Origin: Synechococcales cyanobacterium VAR_4_metabat_354
Lineage (GTDB): Bacteria > Cyanobacteriota > Cyanobacteriia > Cyanobacteriales > Chamaesiphonaceae
Assembly (NCBI GenBank): GCA_031414775.1
Contig: JANOQI010000043.1
Span: 1-38,279 of the forward strand
DNA: 38,279 nucleotides
Reading direction: 5' to 3'
The notes under the pieces: model-generated
What the model saw: only the letters and a program-made list of their open reading frames with translations
Database searches by the model: none
Told to the model about the DNA's origin: nothing
Position numbers and translations under genes: made by a program
In this document: positions 30,546-38,279 of the stretch, piece by piece
Numbering within the stretch: the first letter of the stretch is position 1
How the letters are laid out: every line of letters starts with the position of its first letter

Positions 30546-31013
30546 ATGTCTAAAAATCTATTTCTTTTAGGATTGGCTAGCGTTACTTTAGCTGCTACTA
30601 CTTTCTCTAACGTCGCTATCACCAGAGCAGATACTGTTTCTTCCCACGGTGGTGGTACGGCTACAGGTACTACTGTCGGCGGAACTGCTGCTCAAGGTGG
30701 AACCACTGCAGCTGCTACTGGAAACCATGGAACCTTCGCTGGTTCTGCTGCTAATGCTGGTGCTTCAAACACTGGGGCTCACGTCACAACTGGTGGTGGT
30801 GGTACTACTGGTAATGGTCTTGCTGGTGGCGGCGGCGGTAGCGCTGACGTCTTCTTTGGTGGTGGTGGTGCCAGTGCTGGTGCAAATGTAGGAGCTAGCA
30901 ACAATGGTAGTGGTGCTTCAAATGCTAGCACTGGTACAAATGCTAGCCAAAGCGGTCCTTTTGGTTCTGCTAGTGCTGGCATGAGCTTTGGTACTTTTGG
31001 CGCCCGCAACTAA
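30546..31013 (+). CDS. Secreted Gly/Ala/Ser/Thr-rich protein, paralog 3 (155 aa)
   Basis: GGGGAG RBS; MSKNLFLLG leader; FGTFGARN end. Confidence 0.88.
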   Translation: MSKNLFLLGLASVTLAATTFSNVAITRADTVSSHGGGTATGTTVGGTAAQGGTTAAATGNHGTFAGSAANAGASNTGAHVTTGGGGTTGNGLAGGGGGSADVFFGGGGASAGANVGASNNGSGASNASTGTNASQSGPFGSASAGMSFGTFGARN

Positions 31014-31055
31014 GTCCCAAAATCTTCTTGGGTAAATAGCTTTATCTCGATATCT

Positions 31056-31091
31056 AAAGTCGAGGATCAACAGAATGATCCTCGACTTTTT
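31056..31091 (+). terminator. Terminator of paralog 3
   Basis: aaagtcgaggatca ... tgatcctcgacttttt. Confidence 0.8.
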
Positions 31092-31385
31092 GTGGGAGTG
31101 GTCGAAGCTGGAGATTTTCCTACGGCAATTTGGGTCAATTGACACTAAATAATCGATCCCGGACGTTAAGATTCTTAAATCTTCATATCTCAGACCGCAA
31201 CCATATAAGAAGATTGATTATAAGAAACCGTATAAACGGCGTAGCCGTGCGAAGATCCATCCTCCTTGAGAGCTGGACACTTTACACTGCTGCGAAGTTC
31301 TAATTTTATTTTGATGGAGAAATTTTAGTATTTCTTTATCTTGAAAAACCATAAAAATTCTGTCTTAAACCAGGAGATGTCGTTA

Positions 31386-32246
31386 ATGGCTTTTGGACCA
31401 GCTTCCCGATTGGGAGTTAGCCTGTTTGACGAAACCCCTCCCCTAGAGTGGGTACCAGGTAGATCCGGCGAAGAGGCCGAGTCTATCATTCGTGCTGTCT
31501 ATCGACAGGTATTAGGAAATGCTTACGTTATGGAAAGCGAACGGCTGACCGTGGCGGAATCGCAGTTCAAATTAGGTGAATTTAGCGTGCGCGAATTTGT
31601 GCGGGCAGTTGCTAAATCTGACCTGTATCAATCGCGCTTTTTTACTAGCTGCGCTCGCTATCGATCGATCGAACTCAATTTCCGTCATCTCTTAGGCCGC
31701 GCTCCCCGCGACCTCGAAGAAATGCGGATGCACAGCACTATCTTGGATACTGCCGGATATGACGCTGAAATTGATTCGTACTTAGATAGTGACGAATATC
31801 AAAGCACTTTTGGCGAGCACTTTGTGCCTTTTATTCGCGGCTACAAAACTGAAGCCTGCGAAACAATGGTGCAGTTCACACACCTCTTTCAAATGGTGCG
31901 TGGTGCTTCTAGCAGCAGCTTAAAAGGCGATTTATCTGGCAAATCACCGAAGCTGAATGCTTTGACAATTAACCAAACTGCTACTCCAGTGGTTTCGCCA
32001 GCATCCAGTGGCGCTTTCTTCCGCGATACTTCTGTATCTTCGCGCTCCCGCCACGGTGTGGATGCTAGCTCGGGTGGTAAAGTCTACCGCATTGAAGTTA
32101 CCAGCATTCGATCGAACGCTGTCAATCGCGTTTCCAGATTTCGGCGCAGCAACCAAGTTTTCTTGGTGCCTTACGAAAAACTCTCCCAAGAATACCAGCG
32201 TATCCACCAACAAGGTGGTGTGATTGCTAGTATCACTGCCGTTTAA
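31386..32246 (+). CDS. cpeC: Phycoerythrin-associated rod linker
   Basis: MAFGPASRLGVSLFDETPP; 286 aa; C-terminal CpcD-like domain; AGGAG RBS. Confidence 0.93.
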   Translation: MAFGPASRLGVSLFDETPPLEWVPGRSGEEAESIIRAVYRQVLGNAYVMESERLTVAESQFKLGEFSVREFVRAVAKSDLYQSRFFTSCARYRSIELNFRHLLGRAPRDLEEMRMHSTILDTAGYDAEIDSYLDSDEYQSTFGEHFVPFIRGYKTEACETMVQFTHLFQMVRGASSSSLKGDLSGKSPKLNALTINQTATPVVSPASSGAFFRDTSVSSRSRHGVDASSGGKVYRIEVTSIRSNAVNRVSRFRRSNQVFLVPYEKLSQEYQRIHQQGGVIASITAV

Positions 32247-32388
32247 CTGGCAACTCCAGGCATTGATCGCTAGGTAGTTTACTGGCGATCGATGTTTTGC
32301 AGCTCAGTCATATCGCGACTAGTAGCCATCCGCCGCCGCGAAAATAGCGGCAATATTCATACAACTTTATTTAGGAGTAGATTTTTTT

Positions 32389-33135
32389 ATGTCATCCTCC
32401 ACAGCGCTAGAACTCTGGCCAACCAGCAGTTCTGAAGATGCTCAAATCGTAATTCGGGCAGTTTACAAGCAAGTTTTGGGCAATCCTCATGTGATGGATA
32501 GTGAACGCCTAGTAGCCGCTGAATCACAGCTATGTAATGGCGACTTATCCGTTCGGGATTTTGTCCGTACCGTCGCTAAGTCTGATTTTTATAGCGCTCG
32601 TTATTTTGAATCTTGTGCTCCTTACCGATTTGTAGAACTCAATTTTCTACACCTTCTTGGTCGCGCTCCTCAAGATCAAAAAGAAGTATCTGCGCACATC
32701 GTCCGCTGCGTAGCAGAAGGCTACGACGCGGAAATCGATTCTTACGTCGATAGCGATGAGTATCTCAACGCTTTTGGTGAGAATACTGTTCCTTACTATC
32801 GAGGCAAAGCCAGCGCCACTAACGCTAAACAACTGGGCTACAACCGGATGTTTGCGCTCGATCGCGGCCCAGCTCAAATTGATAGTGCCGTTAAGGCTTC
32901 CCAATTAGTAGGCGCGATCGCTGGCAACACTGCCAATAAGATCAAAGCTGCTACTGCCACTGTCATTGGCTCTGGTACCGAAAAACGGTTTAAAATTGTG
33001 GTATCTGGTTCCAAATTCGACGGTCCCCGTCGGATTAGCAACACCGAGTACATTGTTTCTGCTGCCAAGATGACTCCGCAAATTCAGCGGATTAATCGCA
33101 CTAGTGGCAAGATTATCAGTATTACTGAAATCTAA
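32389..33135 (+). CDS. cpeD: Phycoerythrin-associated rod linker
   Basis: LELWP, SCAPYRFVELNFLHLLGRAP, KMTPQIQRINRTSGKI. Confidence 0.9.
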   Translation: MSSSTALELWPTSSSEDAQIVIRAVYKQVLGNPHVMDSERLVAAESQLCNGDLSVRDFVRTVAKSDFYSARYFESCAPYRFVELNFLHLLGRAPQDQKEVSAHIVRCVAEGYDAEIDSYVDSDEYLNAFGENTVPYYRGKASATNAKQLGYNRMFALDRGPAQIDSAVKASQLVGAIAGNTANKIKAATATVIGSGTEKRFKIVVSGSKFDGPRRISNTEYIVSAAKMTPQIQRINRTSGKIISITEI

Positions 33136-33226
33136 CAGCAAGTAGGGTGAGTATTGCTCACCCTGCATCCACAAATATAAGACCAGGTTTTTACGTAAAT
33201 TTTTACCACATTGAGATTCTTGTTCT

Positions 33227-33526
33227 ATGGCAACTACGAGCATTACTTCTAACCTCGGCAATATATCTAGCTACAGTAGCCGGATGGTCAGCATCACCTT
33301 CACTGGTGGCCAATCATCCATGCGTCTGGCTCATCAAACTCGATCGGTACCTTACGATCGATTGTCTCAAACCATGCAAAATATCCATCGCCAGGGTGGT
33401 CACGTGAATGAGGTCTTCATGCACGCTGTCAGTGCTGACCAAATCGCTGTACCTACTAACCATGGCCGTGCCGAAGAGTCTGCCAAAGACCAAGGCGACG
33501 CTGGCAATAAGAAAAAGAAAAGATAG
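33227..33526 (+). CDS. Small CpcD-domain linker-like protein
   Basis: VPYDRLSQTMQNIHRQGGHV resembles the rod-capping CpcD domain. Confidence 0.75.
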   Translation: MATTSITSNLGNISSYSSRMVSITFTGGQSSMRLAHQTRSVPYDRLSQTMQNIHRQGGHVNEVFMHAVSADQIAVPTNHGRAEESAKDQGDAGNKKKKR

Positions 33527-33529
33527 TCC

Positions 33530-34063
33530 ATGGACATTCAGGAGTTTGTAGCTCAGTCGATCGGCTGTTGGAAATCGCAGCGGAGCGCGCACCATCTGGC
33601 GTTTAGTCATTTTGAAGCAATTCAGTCCACGATCGATATTGTGGCTTTGCCCCTCAATGATCCGGCAGTAATATCGCTCTGCAAAGATTACGATACCGAT
33701 CTGAGTTTGATCGTCTCGCCCTTTCGGATGACTTGGGAAGGGGAAACCGATTGGGACGACAAGATCACTAAAGGCACCTGTATTTTGGTGCCAGTGCCAG
33801 ATCTCGATCGATCGCAGCATGGCAAACTCCTGCGCGACCAAGGCTATGCCGAAGAAATGGCCGCCGCTGGTCACTATTACCTAACTGAAGATGGCACCTT
33901 TGTCTTGGTCACAGAATACGATCGAGCGGCAGCTGAAGAAAAAATTTGGTTTGTAAACCCCAACGTTCGCTGTCGGGTTTCACTGATTAAAACCAGCACC
34001 GGCACTGGGGTTGTCACGGCTTCGTTTGCTTCCGAAATTCGCCAAGAAGTCTCCAAACCATAA
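33530..34063 (+). CDS. cpeS: Phycoerythrin S-type lyase
   Basis: MDIQEFVAQSIGCWKSQRSAHHLAF, LLRDQGYAE, AAAEEKIWF. Confidence 0.92.
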   Translation: MDIQEFVAQSIGCWKSQRSAHHLAFSHFEAIQSTIDIVALPLNDPAVISLCKDYDTDLSLIVSPFRMTWEGETDWDDKITKGTCILVPVPDLDRSQHGKLLRDQGYAEEMAAAGHYYLTEDGTFVLVTEYDRAAAEEKIWFVNPNVRCRVSLIKTSTGTGVVTASFASEIRQEVSKP

Positions 34064-34081
34064 CTACTAAAGTGCCCGCAG

Positions 34082-34705
34082 TTGAACACTTCACTATCTG
34101 TTTCGGACACCAGCGACCTAGTGACTCTCGCGCAATGGATGGCTGGCGACTTCAGCAACGCCAAACAGTGCTTCGATAACTCTAAAGACTTCGCTCACAT
34201 CCATGTTTTGTTTCGGCCACTACCCTACGAATTTTTCGGGGCAATTGGCATGTATTCCGAGCAAGTCTACGACTACGATCTCTGGAGTCCTTACCGTCAA
34301 GGCATTCATCGGTTAGTCGATCAAGGCGATCGCGTTTATATCGAGAACTATAGCCTCCAGGATGCCTATCTTTACGCCGGAGCCTCCCGCGAATCCAGTA
34401 TCCTCAAAACTATCAGCCCAGCGGGCATCGAGCGTCGTCAGAATTGTTCGATGGTTTTCACTCGTGATGGTGAAATGTTTCGGGGTGAAGTTGAAGGCAA
34501 AAATTGTCTGATTGAGAAAAATGGCTGCCAGACATATCTAGACAGCATGGTCGAAGTCACCGCTAGTACTTGGGTCAGCCTCGATAAAGGCTTAGATCTA
34601 AAAACCCACGAACAGCAATGGGGTTCAGAGTTTGGGCCACTGCGCTTTGAGAAACATGAAAGCTTCGCCCATGAAGTCCCCCTAATCAGCAATACCCCTG
34701 GCTGA
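34082..34705 (+). CDS. cpeT: Phycoerythrin T-type lyase
   Basis: AGDFSNAKQ, YSEQVYDY, PYRQ, QWGSEFGPLRF; TTG start. Confidence 0.92.
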   Translation: MNTSLSVSDTSDLVTLAQWMAGDFSNAKQCFDNSKDFAHIHVLFRPLPYEFFGAIGMYSEQVYDYDLWSPYRQGIHRLVDQGDRVYIENYSLQDAYLYAGASRESSILKTISPAGIERRQNCSMVFTRDGEMFRGEVEGKNCLIEKNGCQTYLDSMVEVTASTWVSLDKGLDLKTHEQQWGSEFGPLRFEKHESFAHEVPLISNTPG

Positions 34706-34708
34706 TGT

Positions 34709-35017
34709 ATGCTGCTCCCCCTCAACGCCCAAAAGAAGATGCAATGCTGGATTCGGAGCCGACACCTGATCTGCTCAGGGAATTTCTTTGTGTTTGAGAC
34801 TGTCGATTATAGTGCGATCGAACGTTTCACAGAATGTGTTGATGTCTTAGGTGGCACTCTCATTTCGGTAGAGCCAACCGATAAAATTTGGATGGGCGAC
34901 CATCGCCAGGTCTATCTCTATCAAGCCCGCGCCAGTATCTATACACCCTGGCCAGATCTCAAGAATTACTGGCTGAAATATGGCAGCTTTAGATCCAGGT
35001 TTGCGATCGATGAGTAA
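34709..35017 (+). CDS. cpeR: Phycoerythrin operon activator
   Basis: CWIRSRHLICSGNFFVFETVDY, YWLKYGSF. Confidence 0.92.
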   Translation: MLLPLNAQKKMQCWIRSRHLICSGNFFVFETVDYSAIERFTECVDVLGGTLISVEPTDKIWMGDHRQVYLYQARASIYTPWPDLKNYWLKYGSFRSRFAIDE

Positions 35018-35437
35018 CTAACCCACCTGATCGTCTGCCACGGTAAAACCCAATTCCATTAAAGCTTTTTTCAGTTTGGCCTTGGATGGCCGACTTTGCG
35101 GAGCTGATAAGCCCATTTCCCGCGCTGTTTCAAACAGTTCTCGCATCAACAGATCCAAAGAATTATCATTGGCATCTTCTGGTAATTTATCGATTCGTCC
35201 TTCGTAGGCCAGCGTGTACAGCTCTAAATGATGTTTACCCATCACCCGTGCCATCTTACGCAGAGTTTCAGGGGTGGGGCAGGTGCCTTTAAAGCAAGCA
35301 CCACGCAAGCGCGGCTGCGGAATGCCAGACATTTCGGCCAATCTGTTCATGCTGAGGCCGCTCTCTTCGATGTATTGCAAGATGAGCCGACCCAGCGGCG
35401 AGCAGTCTTCAGATTTGATGAGTAACCGAGCTGGCAT
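35018..35437 (-). CDS. XRE-family HTH transcriptional regulator
   Basis: GLSMNRLAEMSGIPQPRL ... PTPETLRKMA. Confidence 0.8.
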   Translation of the reverse strand: MPARLLIKSEDCSPLGRLILQYIEESGLSMNRLAEMSGIPQPRLRGACFKGTCPTPETLRKMARVMGKHHLELYTLAYEGRIDKLPEDANDNSLDLLMRELFETAREMGLSAPQSRPSKAKLKKALMELGFTVADDQVG

Positions 35438-35526
35438 GGTTGATTGGTTCCAGGAAGCTGAGATTCGATTCTAGCAGACGACGAGGAATATCAATCTGAT
35501 AGCTATTAAGTGATGTTATGTAAGCC

Positions 35527-35736
35527 TTACGATAAATGCTGATTCTTTAGTGCAATGAATTGCTCGATCAGTTCAACTGAAAAGGTTTGACCAAGTAGAC
35601 TTTGCTTCCACCCTTTCGGAAAACCTTCAATTCCCAATAAATCTAGCTGCTTACGGCTGTAGCCACCATTTTTACTAAGTCCTTGTTTTAAGATTTCATC
35701 TGTCAAAACAATCATTTTTGAATCATTAGCAGTCAT
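35527..35736 (-). CDS. Small hypothetical protein
   Basis: 69 aa; AAGG RBS; GGYSRKQLDLLG...PKGWK. Confidence 0.6.
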   Translation of the reverse strand: MTANDSKMIVLTDEILKQGLSKNGGYSRKQLDLLGIEGFPKGWKQSLLGQTFSVELIEQFIALKNQHLS

Positions 35737-35776
35737 AAACCTTTGACACTCCCATTTGTGAATTTTAGCTTCGTTT

Positions 35777-36532
35777 TTATTTACTCAGCCGATCGATCGA
35801 TTCATCCAAAACACTCAAAGAAGAATCTACACTCGAAAAACCACCATACTGAAACGGGTTATCTAGATCTTTAATCAGCAGCAGCAAATATAAGAAAACA
35901 ACAAACAACAGACTAGACACTACAATACTTTCAGTAATCTCTTCGCTACCAATCAACAACAACGCAATGGTAGAAGCGATTGTGAATAACTCCAAAATCG
36001 CATAAGCAGGCTGAATAAAATCAGAATCTCGCACACTCTTGATCTGCATAATAATTCCCCGAATCTTGCCCTGCTCCGTCTGCATCAGACTTATATTTGA
36101 AGCATACTTCTCTGCACCGGCAAACAACTGATGAAAATCGGTTACTTTCATCAGTTGCGGTTGAAGTGCTTGCTCTGTTTGCAAAGCAACGCGTAAATCT
36201 TGAGCTAATGACAGTAAAGATTGAAGCAATGGCTGTGGGTCGTAATCTGGATAAGTCTTCGCTGTCAGCAAATTACTGTCTTGGATTGATTCGATCGACA
36301 CACAAAACTGAGTCAAAAGGCTGTCGCTCGATCGATAGTCACTGAGCGTTCCATTCAGCTGAAAAGCAATAATAAAAGTCGCTGCTCCAAACAAAGAACT
36401 AGTCAGCGCATTAAATGTCCACAGCTCCCAGCCCTGCCGATGAAACAACAATTTTGCTAACGCAAACAAAATAGTCAGCGGCAGGGTCAAGGCGAAAATT
36501 CGCCATTTGGAAGGAATACCCATGGTCAACAA
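35777..36532 (-). CDS. Membrane protein, bestrophin-like topology
   Basis: Two N-terminal and two C-terminal hydrophobic segments; IKDLDNPF motif. Confidence 0.7.
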   Translation of the reverse strand: MLTMGIPSKWRIFALTLPLTILFALAKLLFHRQGWELWTFNALTSSLFGAATFIIAFQLNGTLSDYRSSDSLLTQFCVSIESIQDSNLLTAKTYPDYDPQPLLQSLLSLAQDLRVALQTEQALQPQLMKVTDFHQLFAGAEKYASNISLMQTEQGKIRGIIMQIKSVRDSDFIQPAYAILELFTIASTIALLLIGSEEITESIVVSSLLFVVFLYLLLLIKDLDNPFQYGGFSSVDSSLSVLDESIDRLSK

Positions 36533-36628
36533 GGCTTCAGAAACACTGTAGGCAGCTTATCAGCTTCGTTAACCTTTTATTAATGTAAAATTGCTTAATA
36601 GTATTAAACCATTAACCTCTAATAATAT

Positions 36629-37192
36629 TCAAGTCAAACTTCCGGCAGAGGCTGGCAGCCAGCGATACAGCGTTGGAATCGACACCCCTAAATTCTTAGC
36701 AACATCTTTAGGGGTAACTCCACTAGCAAGTAGCTTCCGGGCAGATTCCAGTTTGCTATCAGTCATCTTGCGCTTCCGCCCGCCCACTCGCCCCAGCTGC
36801 CGTGCTGCCTCCAAACCCGCCCGTGTCCTTTCGATGGTCAAATCTCGCTCCATCTCAGCCAAACTCGCCATCACATGAAAAAAGAAACGGCCGGCAGGGG
36901 TACTGGTATCGATCGAATCCGTCAGACTCTTAAAATTAACCCCCATTTCCTTCAATTCCTCCACCAAATTGACTATTTGTCGCACACTCCGCCCCAATCG
37001 ATCGAGCTTCCAAACGACCAAAGTGTCATCTTCCCGCAGCATTTCCAGAGCCTTAGCCAAACCCGGCCGCTCCGATCTGCTACCACTCAACTTATCATCA
37101 AAGATTTTTTTACACCCAGCCGCCAGCAAAGCATTCTGCTGCAACTCCAAGCTTTGGTCTTGAGTAGAAACCCGCGCATAACCAATCAGCAT
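36629..37192 (-). CDS. Serine recombinase (resolvase/invertase)
   Basis: GYARVST, LVVWKLDRLGRS, C-terminal HTH GVSIPTLYRW. Confidence 0.96.
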   Translation of the reverse strand: MLIGYARVSTQDQSLELQQNALLAAGCKKIFDDKLSGSRSERPGLAKALEMLREDDTLVVWKLDRLGRSVRQIVNLVEELKEMGVNFKSLTDSIDTSTPAGRFFFHVMASLAEMERDLTIERTRAGLEAARQLGRVGGRKRKMTDSKLESARKLLASGVTPKDVAKNLGVSIPTLYRWLPASAGSLT

Positions 37193-37245
37193 AAATTCTT
37201 GAAACCAATCTCAGATGGACTGAAATGAGAATATCATGCCGAAGA

Positions 37246-37614
37246 TTATTCAAAAATTCCATTAAAGCCCAGGACTATCCCAACAGCTATCTCTATGTCA
37301 TGCCAGTATTTATCCTCTAACTTCCCTAGCTGGTTGTCGATTCGCCGCTGATCAACAACCCTCATTTGTTCGAGGTGAATCCCTCTATTTTCGTCTAGTC
37401 CATTATCTACAGTTGCTTCAACGTTAACCACAAAGGGATAATTTTTTAAGCCCTTCAACAAAGGAGCAACCATCGTGATGTCCGATCGAGCGTTACCCAC
37501 ATCATTCTGAAGAATTACACAGGGTCTTTTTTTAGCTGTTTCGCTGCCCACTGTCGGATCTAAGTTGATCCACCAAATTTCACCCCGCCGATACCGCAAA
37601 TCACCCTTCGGCAT
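37246..37614 (-). CDS. mazF: PemK/MazF-family toxin
   Basis: RGEIWWINLDPTVGSETAKKRPCVILQND; start overlaps the antitoxin end. Confidence 0.93.
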   Translation of the reverse strand: MPKGDLRYRRGEIWWINLDPTVGSETAKKRPCVILQNDVGNARSDITMVAPLLKGLKNYPFVVNVEATVDNGLDENRGIHLEQMRVVDQRRIDNQLGKLEDKYWHDIEIAVGIVLGFNGIFE

Positions 37615-37831
37615 CGAGGCCATCTCCCACTGTGACATCCCACAATTTAATCTCAGCTTGATATTCAGAATCATTGGTTAGTTCGGTATAAGCATCCTCT
37701 AACTCTTTCAAGCCTTGCCTCTTTTTTGCTTGGGATAGTATTTCGTTAATAAACTGGCTGCGATTTTGGCTCGATCGATCCACGAACTCCAAAATCTCTT
37801 CATCTAGTGTGATGCTTATCTTCGCACTCAT
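37601..37831 (-). CDS. mazE: RHH/MazE-type antitoxin
   Basis: KISITLD ... NRSQFI; acidic C-terminus WDVTVGDGL. Confidence 0.85.
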   Translation of the reverse strand: MSAKISITLDEEILEFVDRSSQNRSQFINEILSQAKKRQGLKELEDAYTELTNDSEYQAEIKLWDVTVGDGLDAEG

Positions 37832-37880
37832 AACTAAATCCTACTAACTGGTGGGATAAAAAATCCTAACACAAGCTCTG

Positions 37881-38016
37881 AATTCTCGAAACTCATATTG
37901 GAAGCACTGTAACAAGGATATACTTTCAAGAAGGGTTATTGAGAAGCAAGCAACCCTGATTTTCAGTTTTAGCGTTTTTTAGTAACATCATTCTCAAAGA
38001 CGACCGTTAGTGAGAA
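37881..38016. promoter_or_regulatory. res-like recombination site
   Basis: Repeated TTCTCR/TGAGAA half-sites: aattctcgaaac (37881), ttcaagaa...ttgagaa (about 37925-37945), ttctca-N14-tgagaa (37991-38016). Confidence 0.5.
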
Positions 38017-38072
38017 GATATATTAGTAGTAATATAAATATACTTCAATAAAATTAATAAATAGGAGTCAGT

Positions 38073-38201
38073 ATGAATTTTAATCATAGTGATGCGGCCA
38101 AAATTCCTTCAGCTTATGACCCTAATTTCAAGAAGAAAATCAATACTGCTCGACAAGGTATTAAAAAATATCGTAATGCTTTAATTCAACTAGCCATATA
38201 A
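38073..38201 (+). CDS. 42-aa ORF resembling the C-terminal part of AbrB-type antitoxins of Doc toxins
   Basis: AGGAG RBS; SAYDPNF...KKYRNALIQLA; followed by an aagaaagagact...agtctctttctt hairpin. Confidence 0.55.
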   Translation: MNFNHSDAAKIPSAYDPNFKKKINTARQGIKKYRNALIQLAI

Positions 38202-38279
38202 AGAAAGAGACTCCATCCAGTTAGGACGAAGTCTCTTTCTTATCTTTCTCTTGTCAATATTAAGCCTGGCAGTGAGCTA

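Noticed and set aside
27014..31009. Val/Leu-rich shifted-frame and Pro-rich antisense ORFs over the Gly-rich genes
   Set aside because: Shadows of GGT/GCT/ACT codon usage; they lack an RBS and are not conserved in length.
26914..31013. RiPP/microcin precursors
   Set aside because: The leaders look Sec-type rather than double-glycine or NHLP, and no modifying enzyme or peptidase-transporter is in the window.
31100..31385. CcaR G-box or RcaC L-box upstream of cpeC
   Set aside because: No convincing direct repeat matching either consensus was found by eye.

Overview
Cyanobacterial sequence (frequent CGATCG/GCGATCGC) that looks like a plasmid or an integrated replicon. The left arm carries a damaged Type ISP/IIG restriction-modification gene, an IS605 element, and a TrfA-family replication initiator with a complex iteron origin. 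The middle ~28 kb is a near-complete phycobilisome rod module: pebAB, cpcBA-cpcEF, cpeF, cpcG, cpcS, nblA, cpeBA-cpeYZ, cpeU, nblB, aplA, cpeC-cpeD-small linker-cpeSTR. It also holds psbA (D1, Glu130 form) and an hli gene. The module is interrupted by a GNAT/HTH island and by three paralogous, equal-length (155 aa) secreted Gly/Ala/Ser/Thr-rich proteins of unknown function; a tnpB-only IS sits behind the first of these. The right arm carries a serine resolvase, a MazEF-type toxin-antitoxin pair and a res-like site. The top candidates for novelty are the replicon-linked green-light antenna plus D1 package and the triplicated secreted small-residue beta-protein family. All calls come from motif recognition by eye; no database searches were run.
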